Assembly: GCA_043228905.1 (NCBI GenBank)
Contig: JBHGNT010000004.1
Location: 18,724,001-18,788,000, forward strand
Direction of reading: 5' to 3'
From: Azolla caroliniana
Taxonomy: Eukaryota; Plantae; Polypodiophyta
Length of the DNA stretch: 64,000 bases
Of the stretch, positions 36,009 to 47,799 are shown in pieces. The notes under the pieces are model-generated. The model saw only the letters and a list, made by a program, of their open reading frames with translations, had not been told where the DNA came from and did not search any database. Within the stretch, counting starts at the first letter, position 1. Every line of letters starts with the position of its first letter. The translations under genes were made by a program, and so were the position numbers.

Positions 36009-37391
36009 TTAGGTGCAAGAAGGAAGAGGTGTGCCACATAAGCCAGCATTGCCTTCATATGAAGAGATGTCTAGAGTTGTGAACGGAATGACGGGGGGGA
36101 CTTTTCCCGAGAGGTGGTTGTAGGAAACGTTGAAGGTCACTAGGTTGCTTAGCTTAGAGAAGGTGGCTGGGATCCATCCGGTTAGCTCATTTTGCTGGAG
36201 CTCCACAATTGTTAGCGAAGTCAAGTTCGAGAGAGAAGAAGGGATATGTCCGGTGAACCGATTGTTGTCTAGGCCGAGACCTTGAATGTAGTCCGGTAGG
36301 AGAGTGCCAATGTTTTCAGGGATCGATCCACTTAGGGCATTGTTCCCGAGGCTAAGAGATGGTGTCACTTCATCGGAAATGTGGAGAGTGTTTGCTCGTG
36401 GGTAGCCGCGGGCCAGCCACCCAGCCAATCCGGAGCCGGAGAGTTGACAATTGCCCAAATCTATCTCAACTAGTTGTGGAGATGTGAGGAGGCCGGCGAC
36501 ATTGTCGAGGCTTCGGATAGGGTTGTATTGGACATCAATGAGCTGTAGGTTCTTGAGGTTGGAGAGGTCTTGGGGAACCCCGGTGATGCGATTGTTGTCG
36601 AGGTAGAGGTACATGAGGGAGACGAGGCCATCGGGTTCATTGAACGAGTCAGGGATCCGACCCGACATCCGGTTGCTGCCGAGCGCGGCATTGTAGAGGT
36701 TAGAGAGGCGGGCGAAGGAGGCGGGGATGGAGCCCCCAATTTGATTGCTGTTGATGGTAAGTTCTTGGAGGCTCGACAAGTTGCCGATGGAAGAGGGGAG
36801 CGAGCCGGAGAGGGAATTGTAGGAGAGATCGAGCGTCTGGAGCCTGGCGAGGCGGCCCAAGGAGCTCGGGATGGAGCCGGAAAAGCCGCACGAGGAAAGG
36901 CAGAGCTTCCGGAGAGAAGGGAGGTTGCCTAGGGAGGAAGGGAGGGATGTGCCGGCGAAGGTGTTTCCGTAGAGCTTGAGTAGTTGGAGGGCGGAGAGGG
37001 AGCCGAGGGAGCGGGAGACGGAGCCGTTGAGCGAGGATTGTGAGACGTCGAGGCTAACGACGCGGCCCGTCGTGCCGTCGCACGTGACGCCATTCCAAGA
37101 GCAACAGTCGGGTGCCGACAATGACCAAGATGCTAGGGCATTGTTGGGATCAGCCGTGATCCCGGCCTTGAAGAGAAGCAATGCATGTCGGTCGGCCGGG
37201 TAGCACACAGTCTCATTTGTGACGGGAGTCACGCCGACAAGGTACTCATCGATCGCGTCAATATCACATGCGAGTGTATCGATGTCGCACCTAACTGGTG
37301 CCCAAAGGTTGGACATAAGTAACACGAACATGGACATATTCATGACTAGCATTGTGTTAGTACTCATATGGTGTCTCCCTATATCAACCAT
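36009..37391 (-). CDS. Secreted extracellular LRR protein (LRRNT + plant-specific LRRs, no TM or kinase), copy 1
   Basis: Hydrophobic signal peptide, LRRNT (C..DRHALLLFKA..LASW..DCCSWNGVTCD), repeated LxxLxLxxNxLSGxIP, and C-cap SSYEGNAGLCGTPLPSC followed by a stop. Single intact ORF. Confidence 0.9.
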   Translation of the reverse strand: MVDIGRHHMSTNTMLVMNMSMFVLLMSNLWAPVRCDIDTLACDIDAIDEYLVGVTPVTNETVCYPADRHALLLFKAGITADPNNALASWSLSAPDCCSWNGVTCDGTTGRVVSLDVSQSSLNGSVSRSLGSLSALQLLKLYGNTFAGTSLPSSLGNLPSLRKLCLSSCGFSGSIPSSLGRLARLQTLDLSYNSLSGSLPSSIGNLSSLQELTINSNQIGGSIPASFARLSNLYNAALGSNRMSGRIPDSFNEPDGLVSLMYLYLDNNRITGVPQDLSNLKNLQLIDVQYNPIRSLDNVAGLLTSPQLVEIDLGNCQLSGSGLAGWLARGYPRANTLHISDEVTPSLSLGNNALSGSIPENIGTLLPDYIQGLGLDNNRFTGHIPSSLSNLTSLTIVELQQNELTGWIPATFSKLSNLVTFNVSYNHLSGKVPPVIPFTTLDISSYEGNAGLCGTPLPSCT

Positions 37392-38449
37392 GATGTGCTT
37401 GTTTTAAACAAGTCTCAAGTATAATGGGTAGTTGTATGAGCTAGAAATATGGTTGATGATATGATCTAGAAATATGGTCGATGATACCCAGAGTGTGATG
37501 CATCCTTCTTCCTTATATAAGATTTTTGTGGTGCTATATTGGATTTGTAAGGAAGTGTTTGAGTTTGACCACCTCTTTCCCATGGTGTGAGTTTCATTTT
37601 ATCTTGTCTAGTTGGGTTGCTCGAGCCATGTGTGACATCCCAAGTGAGGTTATTTTTGGAGGAAAGAGAATATTAAAACTTTATACATATTCTCCTTTTA
37701 TAATGCTACTAACTCTTAAGACACTCATAATGGGTGCTTATATATGTCATACTCTTTCTTTAGTGAACACCTTAATGCGCACCAAGTGGATGGCTTGGCT
37801 TCAAAAGAACTCATAGATGAGTGAAACTATCATTCTACATAATTAATTCGCTTTGAATTATGTGGAACGTTTTTTAATAATTCATCGATATGAGGTAATA
37901 GCTATCATTTTCTAAAATCTGGGTCTAAAAATCTTCAAACTTCCTTTTGAGCTCAAGGCTCTCCAGATACACACTCTTAAGGCCTCGATAAAGTTGAAAA
38001 ACCTTTAAATTGTGGCGCAATTATTATATGGTGAGAATTGATAAAAAGGATAAGTGAGAACTCAAATTCCTACCAAATATATTCTTTTATGAAGGATGTT
38101 CGTTATCTTAAGGCATACTATAAAGTCGTTAAGTCATTGATCCTCTCACGTTTCTCTCTCCATTTCTTTGTGAGGTATTCCAAATTCTCACTGTTATTAT
38201 TATATTCTTCTTCCTAACAACTTCTGTTCTACTCCTTGTTAATCATCTAGTCGACTAAAAGAATAACGCTAAGTTCTAACTATGCATAAGGAAACTAGTT
38301 TATATTACCTCCCATTTTGCATTTTCTTCTTGTTAAGAGATTTGTGTTCTATTCTTGAATCTATTTTTTCAACTCATTTCTTCATGTCACCTCCAATATT
38401 TCCCATCCATCTTCTTCCCCAAGTGATGTAGAACTAATATAGGAAAAAA

Positions 38450-39450
38450 TAACAACCACTATAGAGTACTCTTATGTGTTGATGCTATGCACAAGGCTGA
38501 TATAAAGGAACATCTTAAAGAGACTTGGTGCAACATGGCATTTTTTTCTATTACAAACACAAGTATGAGTAAAAAATTGTGAATGTGAAATCAACATTTT
38601 TTACACAGATAATTGATGCCAATGATATCACATTTTGATTATCTTTGGAAAAGTTCTACCATCATTACAATGTTGTGTTTGATGATTCATTTATCTTGTG
38701 AATGTCTTTCACTTCATTTGATTTTCATGTTTGGCCACGATAAAAAATTGTTATACTTATAAATAATTGGAAACTTGGTTCGAAATGTATGGTTGTGTTG
38801 TTTGATTGACCTCCACTACTAGGTAGAATTCCCTAAATCATAAACCCGATCACGATCAAATAGTCCACTGAGAACACAAGGATCATTCTCTTCTCACCTT
38901 CAAAATTTGATGTACATATTTGACATTTTCTTAATAGGCCTTCTGTGAAAAATTTGGTCATCCACTTGTGTTTGGTTTCTTGGCATTTGTTGTTGGTAAA
39001 ACATTGGATATAACTTCTAGCATGTTAGGTCAAAAATCATTGAATGTTTACGATCAAACATTAATTGTTGTTTGGAGAATGTTAATGCAAACATCATGTT
39101 TAATTATGTGACAAATAGCCTTGGCTATGGGGCAATATCCAACTATGCCAACATCTCATGAGCATGTAGTGGTTGTTTATGATTCTATATCACGCCAAGA
39201 AGCCTAGGTTGCAAATAATCAACATGTTTTTGCTTTTTCCATCTCCTTCATGTCACCTTGTGCAGGATGAGTGCTTCAAATGCAAAACGTATGTTTAATA
39301 TTTTCATTCCATGTCATCTTGAATTTTCTCTTTCATCATCTTGCATTTTCCAATTTTGATGAGTCATGTCATGATGAGATTGTGTGGGATACAATTGACC
39401 CGTTAACCCTACACAAAATCTTGAAAGAGAAGTGTGACTTTCAATGATAA
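38450..39450 (-). mobile_element. Highly degenerate Copia RT relic
   Basis: Minus strand near 38840-38925 reads roughly MYIK..EGEKRMILVFSVDYLIVIG, resembling the Copia LYVDDLIITG region. Other motifs are barely recognisable. Confidence 0.4.
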
Positions 39451-39609
39451 ATAATATAGTAGAATATAACTTTCATGCTTTGTCATCATGCTAATGTTAC
39501 AAGCTTGGTCACATCTAGTCCTAACAGATGTTTCTTGTGATAAATAATTAGATTTTGAAAGGTCATTCAAATAAACAAAGAATAAATTATAATATTTAGG
39601 TTTCAAACT

Positions 39610-39820
39610 AGGCTTGCATTGGGAAGTTGATCTATGATGACCACAAGGTCGTGGGGTTCAAATCGCGCCTTACTATCATAAAAATAGATCACGTATGTTG
39701 ACTTTGGTGGTTGCCTTGTTAGGCCTTGGGGCAGACCTAGTGAAGGGTTGCCCAAGTATGATTATCCTCGTACATAGTTAGTTAGGTAGCTAGAGACCCA
39801 AAGGTTCTCGGGCTCTAAAA
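39610..39820 (+). mobile_element. Possible degenerate SINE
   Basis: B-box-like GGTCGTGGGGTTCAAATC at about 39647-39664. The A box and ends are unclear. Confidence 0.25.
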
Positions 39821-40256
39821 TCAGAATGTGTACCAAGTTCCAACACCTCTACAATTGAGGACATATTGTAGCACTAGTTTTAAAGGGCAAGAACTTAAAT
39901 GTGAGGAATTATAACCCAACAACCTAGTTTTAAGCTATGAAAATAAAAGATGACTCAGATCAAATCGAACAATTCCTCACTTTCAGCTAGGAATTTAAAA
40001 CTGGGTAGTTGCGATCGGCAAGGGCTTATTAGGAACTTACACACGAGTGTCCATAAACATTTATATATAAGCTTAATAAAACTTTGTATATTTAGTAAAA
40101 TCCAACATGTTGGTGCTAAAATTGGATCCACAAATTTATTGAACTTGGACCACAACAAGTTCTACCCACCGAGATGGTAAGGCAACACATAGTACAATAT
40201 TTGATTTATGCAAATCTTGTGTGGATGCATAGTGATAAGATAGATTGGAGGCCAAT

Positions 40257-41624
40257 TTATGTGGGGCATGCCGGGAGCGGAGTGCCGCAAAGCCCGGCAT
40301 TGCCTTGGTAAGAAGAGACGTCGAATGTCGTGAATGGCACGACTTGCGGGATTTTGCCGGAGAGATGGTTGTACGACACGTTGAAGGCCACTAGGGAGGT
40401 CAAGCTAGAGAAGGTGGACGGGATCGATCCCTTGAGCTTGTTTCGGTCGAGCTCCAGGAATCTCAGAGAAGTGAGATTGGCGATGGAAGACGGGATTTTT
40501 CCGGAAAAGCCGTTGTTGCTGAGGTCGAGGCCCTGAATGTAATCGGGCAGAAGGGAGCCGATGCTGAGGGGGATGGAACCCTTGAGTGCATTGTTTGCAA
40601 GGCTGATGGAAGGGGTTACCTCATCGGAGAGTAATGCCGTATTGGCTCTTGGGAAGCCGCGGGCGAGCCATGCCCCCAAGCCGGAGCCAGAGAGGCTGCA
40701 ATTGCTAAGCTCGACTTGTACGAGTTGAGGTGCGGTGAGGAGGCCGGCCACGTTGCGGAGTCTTCCGATGGGATTGTTCTGGAGGACCACCCATTGTAAC
40801 CTCTTGAGGTTGGAGAGGTTGTCGGGAAGGCCGGTGATCCGGTTGTTCTCAAGGTAAAGGAAAGCGAGGGAGACAAGGCCTCCGGCTGTGTTGAAGGAGT
40901 CGGGGATCCGTCCGGACAACTTGTTGAACCCGAGATCAGCATTGTAGAGGTTGGAGAGGCGGGCGAAGGAGGCGGGGATCGCGCCCCCGATCTTGTTATT
41001 GTAAATGCGAAGGTGTTGGAGGCTCTTCATGTTACCGATGGACGAAGGGAGCGATCCGGAGAGGGAGTTGTAGGAGACATCGAGCATCTGGACGCTGGTG
41101 AGGCGGCCGAAGGAATCTGGGATGGATCCCGAGAAGCCACCCGATGGGGAGGTGGAGGAGGAGAGGCAGAGCTTTGTGAGGTTGGAGAGGTTCCCTAGGG
41201 AAGGGGGGAGAGATCCGGTGAAGAAATTCTCGTAGAGCTTGAGGAGCTGGAGGGAGGAGAGGGAGCCTAGGGATGGGGACAGGGGGCCTTGGAGGGAGGA
41301 TTGGGCGAGATTGAGGCTCACTACTCGCCCCGTGATGCCATCACAAGTCACGCCATTCCATGAGCAACAATTGGGCTGTTTCGCCGACCATGTAGCAAGA
41401 GCTTGGTTAGGGTCCCCGGTGATCGCCGCCTTGAATTGAAGCAATGCTTGGCGGTCTCCGGCAAAGCACACGGTGGCATTCGTTACCGGTGCCACTCCGA
41501 CGAGGTCATCTTCGGCATCACAATCAAGGGGATCGGTATCGCACATAGAGGCATTTGGGCATAGTATGAACACGCCAACGAGTACTATTGCTAGAAGGGG
41601 CATTGGCCTTAACATGTGTGCCAT
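40257..41624 (-). CDS. Secreted extracellular LRR protein, copy 2
   Basis: Same architecture as copy 1 with an intact ORF. The first in-frame ATG is at 41624 (the ORF track start at 41639 is a GTG). Confidence 0.9.
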   Translation of the reverse strand: MAHMLRPMPLLAIVLVGVFILCPNASMCDTDPLDCDAEDDLVGVAPVTNATVCFAGDRQALLQFKAAITGDPNQALATWSAKQPNCCSWNGVTCDGITGRVVSLNLAQSSLQGPLSPSLGSLSSLQLLKLYENFFTGSLPPSLGNLSNLTKLCLSSSTSPSGGFSGSIPDSFGRLTSVQMLDVSYNSLSGSLPSSIGNMKSLQHLRIYNNKIGGAIPASFARLSNLYNADLGFNKLSGRIPDSFNTAGGLVSLAFLYLENNRITGLPDNLSNLKRLQWVVLQNNPIGRLRNVAGLLTAPQLVQVELSNCSLSGSGLGAWLARGFPRANTALLSDEVTPSISLANNALKGSIPLSIGSLLPDYIQGLDLSNNGFSGKIPSSIANLTSLRFLELDRNKLKGSIPSTFSSLTSLVAFNVSYNHLSGKIPQVVPFTTFDVSSYQGNAGLCGTPLPACPT

Positions 41625-42561
41625 ATTGTTTGGAGTCACAATGTCCCAAGTAAGTGTTTGGAAATGGAGAAATGTGTCACTAGTTATTTTGATGATAATG
41701 CTTGTATCTTCCGCCCCACCTGGCTTTGGTTTTATATGTGTAAGGAAGGTTGCCCATAGGTCTTTTGGTCTCTTCTACTTACATGTTTGACACCCTATTC
41801 AACGTCTACAAATTATTTCTATCCAAATGTGTGCGCACTGCATGACGCATATCGTTATCATGATACATCTTGGGTCCATTTAGCTACCTACATCTCAAAT
41901 ACCTTTATGTTTAGAACCTTTTTTCAAATCTATTAAGACAATTCCCCATATTATATGGTTGGCGTTTTGACTTTAAGGTTCATGCATACATATATATTTT
42001 ATATTGTGACAAAATGAGCTTGCGTCTTTGAATTGTATTGCCCAATATAACGACTCGTGTCATTGGTGGTTTGCATAGACGATGACCGTCACATTTACCA
42101 TATTCGGAGTCAAAAAACAAAAAAGTACTACATTGTCTTCAAATATATTCACACACATATAAGCACCTCCTATGTTGAGGAATTATGCAAAAGAAGGTAC
42201 TAGACATCGACACATGCAATAGAGAGGGAGAGAGTGGAAAAGCATCAATATATTATATGAGTATTATAGTTGAGGGATAGGGTTTAGACTTGTATAGTAC
42301 GTAAAATTTGTGTTCTTCTAGCATAACATTCGTTTTCCTACGTTGGAAAACGAATGCGAATGTTATTCAAACATACTTGTGTTTTTTTGGGGGGGTTTTT
42401 TTCCTATTTTTTTAATGTTTTTTTTGTATTTTTCATTTTTTAGGCTTATTTACCTCATAATAAATAGTTAATCCAAAAGTATGGTATTTATCATTCTTTG
42501 AGGGTGTTTTTCTTACGAGAATGCACGTATAGTTCATATTACTAAGCATGTTAAATGTATC

Positions 42562-43635
42562 TAACAATCGACAACAATTTAGTTCAGTTCAACGGTGTCA
42601 AAACTGAACAATTTAAAATTTTTGAAACTTGATCTGGAACCGAACAGAACCATGAAACTGTTTAAACCAAACCGTTTCAAAAAATCCAAATCATTAAATT
42701 GTGACGTGGTTTGGTTTCGGTTTTCATGTTAGGTCAAATTTCAAATTTTAATATTTTAAAAATTATCATTATTTCAAATTTTAATTTTTCAAAATGTAAT
42801 GATTTTTCTTAAAATGTGAGAATTAGGCTTAAAAATCAATTTGCAACTCTAGAGTCTAAACCATCAAACCGTTGTTGCATAAATCCGCACGTGCGTGTCA
42901 GTTAGGACGGGACCACGGGGGTCTTGGACTAGGGAGTAAGAGGAGGGAGAGAAGCTTGGGAGTTCAACCGAGAAGGAAGAGAAAGATTAAGATTGAAGAG
43001 AATTAGATCTAAATAAGACAAGATATATTATGGAAAGCACCACACCAATTACAACCATGGCCGCGTAGGCCGAACGCAAACCCTCTAGATGAAACCCTAA
43101 ACGGATAGGGGAAAAGAAGAAGATGATGATGATGATGAATGAAACCCCTAAAACGAGATCCTAAAACCCAAAATTCCGAAACCCTAATGGCAACCCAAAG
43201 AAACCCAAAAAGTTGAAGCCCTTCAAAAGTGACCCCTCACTCCCTTTTATAGTCGTAAGGGGTGAGGCACATTACAAAAAGGAGTGGTCAAATCCCCTTT
43301 CTTTCAAAGAAGAGTATTTGACCTCGATCTTAGGAGGTGAGATTGATGGGTCTTAACTCCCTCTCCTCTTACCGACATACTCAATGCCCACTACTCCCTA
43401 CACCCATACTTCATGTGCCTCCCTCTAGTCTACAAAGTGCACATTACCTTTATACCTTTACATCTTACTTTTGCTCCTTACATTTGTCTTTTATTCCTAT
43501 GTTACAATTTTCCTAAGTTCATGTGCAATGTTGCATATCTTATTTTATTCCTCCCACTCGGGTTTTCTCACCATGGCCGAAAATCCTCACAACACCGTTT
43601 AGACCCAAACTGAACTGAACCATTGCCGATTGTTA
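42562..43635. mobile_element. Non-autonomous hAT-type MITE containing a nested solo LTR
   Basis: TIRs TAACAATCGACAA / TTGCCGATTGTTA (12/13 match), 8-bp TSD AATGTATC (42554-42561 and 43636-43643), and subterminal AACCG/GAACT-type repeats. Confidence 0.75.
42873..43594. mobile_element. Solo LTR (Gypsy-like) with 4-bp TSD
   Basis: TGTTG...CAACA termini and TSD CCGT (42869-42872 and 43595-43598). Shares CGGGACCAC.GGGGTCTTGGAC with the element at 55156-55847. Confidence 0.8.
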
Positions 43636-43918
43636 AATGTATCTTGCAAATATCATTCAGATGGTTTGTCATCATGCAATGTTAAACTTAGCAAACTCTA
43701 GGAATGACTAATATTTTGTTTGATATATAATATCTTTTAAAGGTATATATAATAGGCTAATTGTTATTGTCCTAATTAAGTTCTCTTCGTGATGGTCTAT
43801 AATCTTGAGCTTATAAATAGAAACATGTGTAGCGCAACCCATTAGTGTTCATTGAAATGTTGAGTGATTAATTACAATGAGTGTGGCCCACGTGGCATTT
43901 TTAAGGAGGGCATTAGAA

Positions 43919-46112
43919 GGAGAGCACCATGTGAAGTATTGTTTGAGAGAGAAGGAATATATTTGAATGGAATGTGGTCCAATCTTGTTCAATCACCATC
44001 AAAGTGATCGGTGGACCATGGGCATCAAAACATGAATACATTTCATCATTGTTCTTCTCAAATCCCTTTGGATATTGAATATAGAGGAGAAACAATCAAT
44101 TTATGCTCAATTGATGCGTTAACCCGACCAAGTCTCTTTCCGCTCCCAAACCTTGGGTGGCGAAGTAGGAAGGTCTTTGTGTGATGCTCCATCATGCACT
44201 TATGCAAGGCCATATTGTGGTAATGGGGTATGCCTATCTTGTGGCCATTGCCCAAACTTGTAATTGGTGTATACGTTTGTACAACAAAATTAACCCACAC
44301 ATGCCTCTCTTTCACCATTGCACCCTCTAGCATTGGATGAGGATTACCCAAGAAAAAGGATATCAATGTGGTATCTTCGTCATGTACCAATGCATGACCA
44401 TTGTCATAGCATTGAATAGTTGATTTTGTAAATTTTTAGTGTTTGAATGGCAAAATCAGCTATTTGGGATCCCTCTTTGTCAAGGAAAGGAGGGATCACT
44501 CATGCACAAACGTTAACACGATCATTGGGGGGGATATACCTACCTTGTGTGCCTTGACTAGACTTGCAAATGGCTAAGGTTTGGATGGGGAAACAATGTT
44601 TTGAAGTAGTTCGTACGATAAAAGAAAATATAGTAAGCTGAACCAAAATGATGAGAAGAATTATAGTAAGCTGAACCTTAAATAGAATCGAGAGATAATT
44701 CCATTTCAACAGGGACATTTTTAGCTAGGTACCAAGGTTTGGGATGGGTATGCTACAAACTTGAAAAAGAGTAGTGTAACACAGAAAATTATAATCTTAT
44801 GTGGTTCATATGTCCAACATACAACTTCTAAATTTGGGATAGGCAATTTTATTAAACCCGGAGCACTACAAGTTGTACACATTAAGGTGGGTGTGACAAC
44901 ATGTGTTACATATTGCCTCATGCAAGGGAATATATATTCATGTGCGGCATGCTGGCAGTGGAGTGCCACACAGCCCGGCATTGCCTTTGTATGAAGAGAC
45001 GTCGAACGTGGTAAATGGTGCGATTTGCGGGATTTTGCCAGAGAGATGGTTGTTTGACACGTTGAAGCCTCGTAGGGAGGTCAAGTGAGAGAAGGTGGAC
45101 GGGATCGATCCCTCGAGCTTGTTTCGGTCGAGTTCTAGGAGTTTGAGTGATGTGAGTTTGGCAATGGAAGACGGGATATGTCCGGAGAAGTGATTGTTGC
45201 TGAGGTCGAGGCTCTCAAAGTAGTCCGGGAGAAGGGAGCCGATGTTGGAAGGGATGGACCCTGTGAGTGCATTGTTTGCTAGATTGATGGAAGGGGTTAG
45301 GTCCTCCGAGAGTCGCTCGGTATTGGCTCTCGGGAAGCCGCGGGCGAGCCATGCCCCAAGACCGGAGCCGGAGAGGCCGCAATCGTTGAGGTCTACTTGG
45401 GCGAGCTGCGGTGCGGTGAGGAGGCCGGTCACATTCCCGAGGCTGCCGATGGGATTGTTTCCGAGATCGACCGATTGTAGGTTCTTGAGGTTGGAGAGGT
45501 TGTGGGGGAGGCCGGTGATCCGGTTGTTCTCGAGGTAAAGGAAAGTGAGGGTGATGAGGCCCCCGGGCGCGTTGAAGGAGTCGGGGATGCGGCCGGACAA
45601 CTTGTTGAACCCGAGATCGGCAGTGCCGAGGTTGGAGAGGCGGCTGAAGGAGGCCGGGATAGCACCCCCGATCTTGTTACTGTAAATGTGAAGGCGTTGG
45701 AGGCTCTTCATGTTACCGATGGACGAAGGGAGCGACCCCGAGAGGGAGTTGAAGGAGACGTCGAGCATCTGGAGGCTTGTGAGGCCGCCTAAGGATTCCG
45801 GGATGGATCCCGAGAAGCCACCCGAAGAGGAGGTGGAGGAGGAGAGGCAGAGCTTGATGAGGTGGGAGAGGTTCCCTAGGGAAGGGGGGAGAGTTCCGGT
45901 GAAGAAATTCTCGTCGAGCTCGAGGATCTGGAGGGAGGAGAGGGAGCCAAGGGATGGGGGGAGGGGCCCCTGGAGGGAGGATTGGGCGAGGTCGAGGCTC
46001 ACAACGTGCCCCGTGATGCCGTCACAAGTCACTCCGTTCCACGAGCAACAATTGGGCTGTTTGGCTGACCATGTCGCGAGAGCATGTTTGGGGTCCCCCG
46101 TGATTGCCGCCT
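43919..46112. repeat. Segmental duplication unit (about 1 kb of downstream flank + LRR gene), paralogous to 58677-60915
   Basis: Collinear high similarity starting at GGAGAGCACCATGTGAAG in both copies and running to the Copia insertion point in copy 4. Confidence 0.92.
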
Positions 46113-46314
46113 TGAATCGAAGCAATGCTTGGCGGTCTCCGGGAAAGCACACGGTGGCATTAGTGACGGGCGCCGCTATTATGAGGTTTTCGTCCTCGTC
46201 GGCACCGCAGTCAAGGGGATCAACATCGCATAGGCCGGCATTTGGGCATAGCATGAACATGGCCATGAGTAGTAGCACTAGTAGGAGCATTAGTCTTAAT
46301 AATAGCTTTGCCAT
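44938..46314 (-). CDS. Secreted extracellular LRR protein, copy 3
   Basis: Same architecture with an intact ORF. The first in-frame ATG is at 46314 (the track start at 46332 is a GTG). Confidence 0.9.
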   Translation of the reverse strand: MAKLLLRLMLLLVLLLMAMFMLCPNAGLCDVDPLDCGADEDENLIIAAPVTNATVCFPGDRQALLRFKAAITGDPKHALATWSAKQPNCCSWNGVTCDGITGHVVSLDLAQSSLQGPLPPSLGSLSSLQILELDENFFTGTLPPSLGNLSHLIKLCLSSSTSSSGGFSGSIPESLGGLTSLQMLDVSFNSLSGSLPSSIGNMKSLQRLHIYSNKIGGAIPASFSRLSNLGTADLGFNKLSGRIPDSFNAPGGLITLTFLYLENNRITGLPHNLSNLKNLQSVDLGNNPIGSLGNVTGLLTAPQLAQVDLNDCGLSGSGLGAWLARGFPRANTERLSEDLTPSINLANNALTGSIPSNIGSLLPDYFESLDLSNNHFSGHIPSSIAKLTSLKLLELDRNKLEGSIPSTFSHLTSLRGFNVSNNHLSGKIPQIAPFTTFDVSSYKGNAGLCGTPLPACRT

Positions 46315-46955
46315 ACTGTTGGATGGAGTCACAAGTATTAGATGTTTGTTTGTCTATGGATAAAACTTGTGCCACAACCTTCCTTTATTTTATACATTCC
46401 TTGGGCATACCTATACTAATAAATGTGTCACGTGTGTGAAAAACACTACGATGGCACCACAATGGAGGTGAAAATGGAGTATCGTCACCTGTGACTATTA
46501 CTACAGTCTACTACACACACACACACACACACACACTCTCTCTCTCTCTCTCTCTCTCGGGAAAAACACACAATTGTATTCATTTTATCTAAAATCCACG
46601 TGAAATAACGTAATTCACATCAACATGTCACATTCTTTCTTTTGTAAAGTTTCTTTTCTTCATTCTTCTTAGTTTTTCCTTTACTTTGTGAGTTTTGAAC
46701 TTATGGAGTGTTTTCCTTTACAATGCTATAGTGGGACATTAGATATGTTGCATTTTTCTCCACCTACTCTTATGAAATGGTGTTGGTTATCTCCATTATG
46801 GCCACTAATGGTTAACCTAAGTCTCCTCGTCAACTCTAGACTTACCACATTACTAAATCATACATCACATTCTCTAAATTTTGTGGGAAATTTTCCATGT
46901 TTCTTTTGGAGCTTCAACACACATTATCTAAGGAAACATTAGAAATCCATCAAAA

Positions 46956-47261
46956 TGTGGAAATTAACAAATATACCCATAATAATACCAATCATATCTA
47001 TGTTAGATAGCAGGTCCGTCTCGATAGGAAGAATAGAACCAACCGAAGGCCGAGGCCGAGGCCGAAACCGAAAACCAAAAACCGAAAACCGAAAACCGAA
47101 GTCTTTCGTTTTCTGGTCTTCATTTTTTTGTTTGTGCATTATCTTGCTCGTTTCTTTGCACCCAAATACGTATACGAGAAACCGGTTGCTACCGGTCACG
47201 ATCCTTACCATTACTTACTTGAGACAAAACTAATTTTCTCGTTTTGTCTATTTTCTCCACA
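46956..47261. mobile_element. Possible solo LTR upstream of LRR copy 3
   Basis: TGTGGA...TCCACA termini with internal GGCCGA and AAAACCG tandem repeats. The flanks CAAAA/CACAG match only 3/5. Confidence 0.35.
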
Positions 47262-47799
47262 CACAGTAATGCCATTGAGGGTTTGGATAAGTGAGCACCT
47301 GTTTCTATTTTGGTTTTTAGAGCGTTTTTACTTTTTTATCACATGTATAATATGTCTATTTTTCTTGTATTGTGTCTCTATAGTAAGTCTTTGTACTTGA
47401 TGGCTTTGACGTGTACACCTCAATCTCATTAATGTGCCTAAATGTTATCAAATGAAGATTTGTATTGCACATGTTCAAATTTTAGTAGTACTTTGAAGAA
47501 TCTTAAAACGACCATTTCACATCATGTCAATTTGCTTTTAGGGTTTCAATCACTTCCTCTAGGTTATGTTGTGGACTAGGGAATAGGTCTACTACATGTA
47601 GGTATCTATGTCTAACTAATTTACATCTAGTTCTCCAAAATATCCTAGCTATAACCATCTTTTTTCCATTGAATCAATTGCATTCACCATGCTTGATGCG
47701 TAAGACAACTGATATTGTTATCATTTTGTGCTTTTTTATAGGTATGCTTCCTTCCAAAGAGAGATTATACATTCTTTTGGCTCTTACTCTTACAAAGAC

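Noticed and set aside
44761-44994. ORF MKK(S)SVTQKII.. conserved at 44761 and 59547
   Set aside because: The conservation only reflects the recent segmental duplication. It has a TTG start and differing frames and ends.
45242-46363. Long plus-strand ORFs antisense to the LRR genes (also at 36570-37407, 40330-41790 and 59987-60949)
   Set aside because: Shadow ORFs caused by GC-rich codon usage, with no independent protein features.
47040-47102. Short repeat array as CRISPR-like
   Set aside because: 6-7 bp tandem units with no spacers, in a eukaryotic context with no cas genes.
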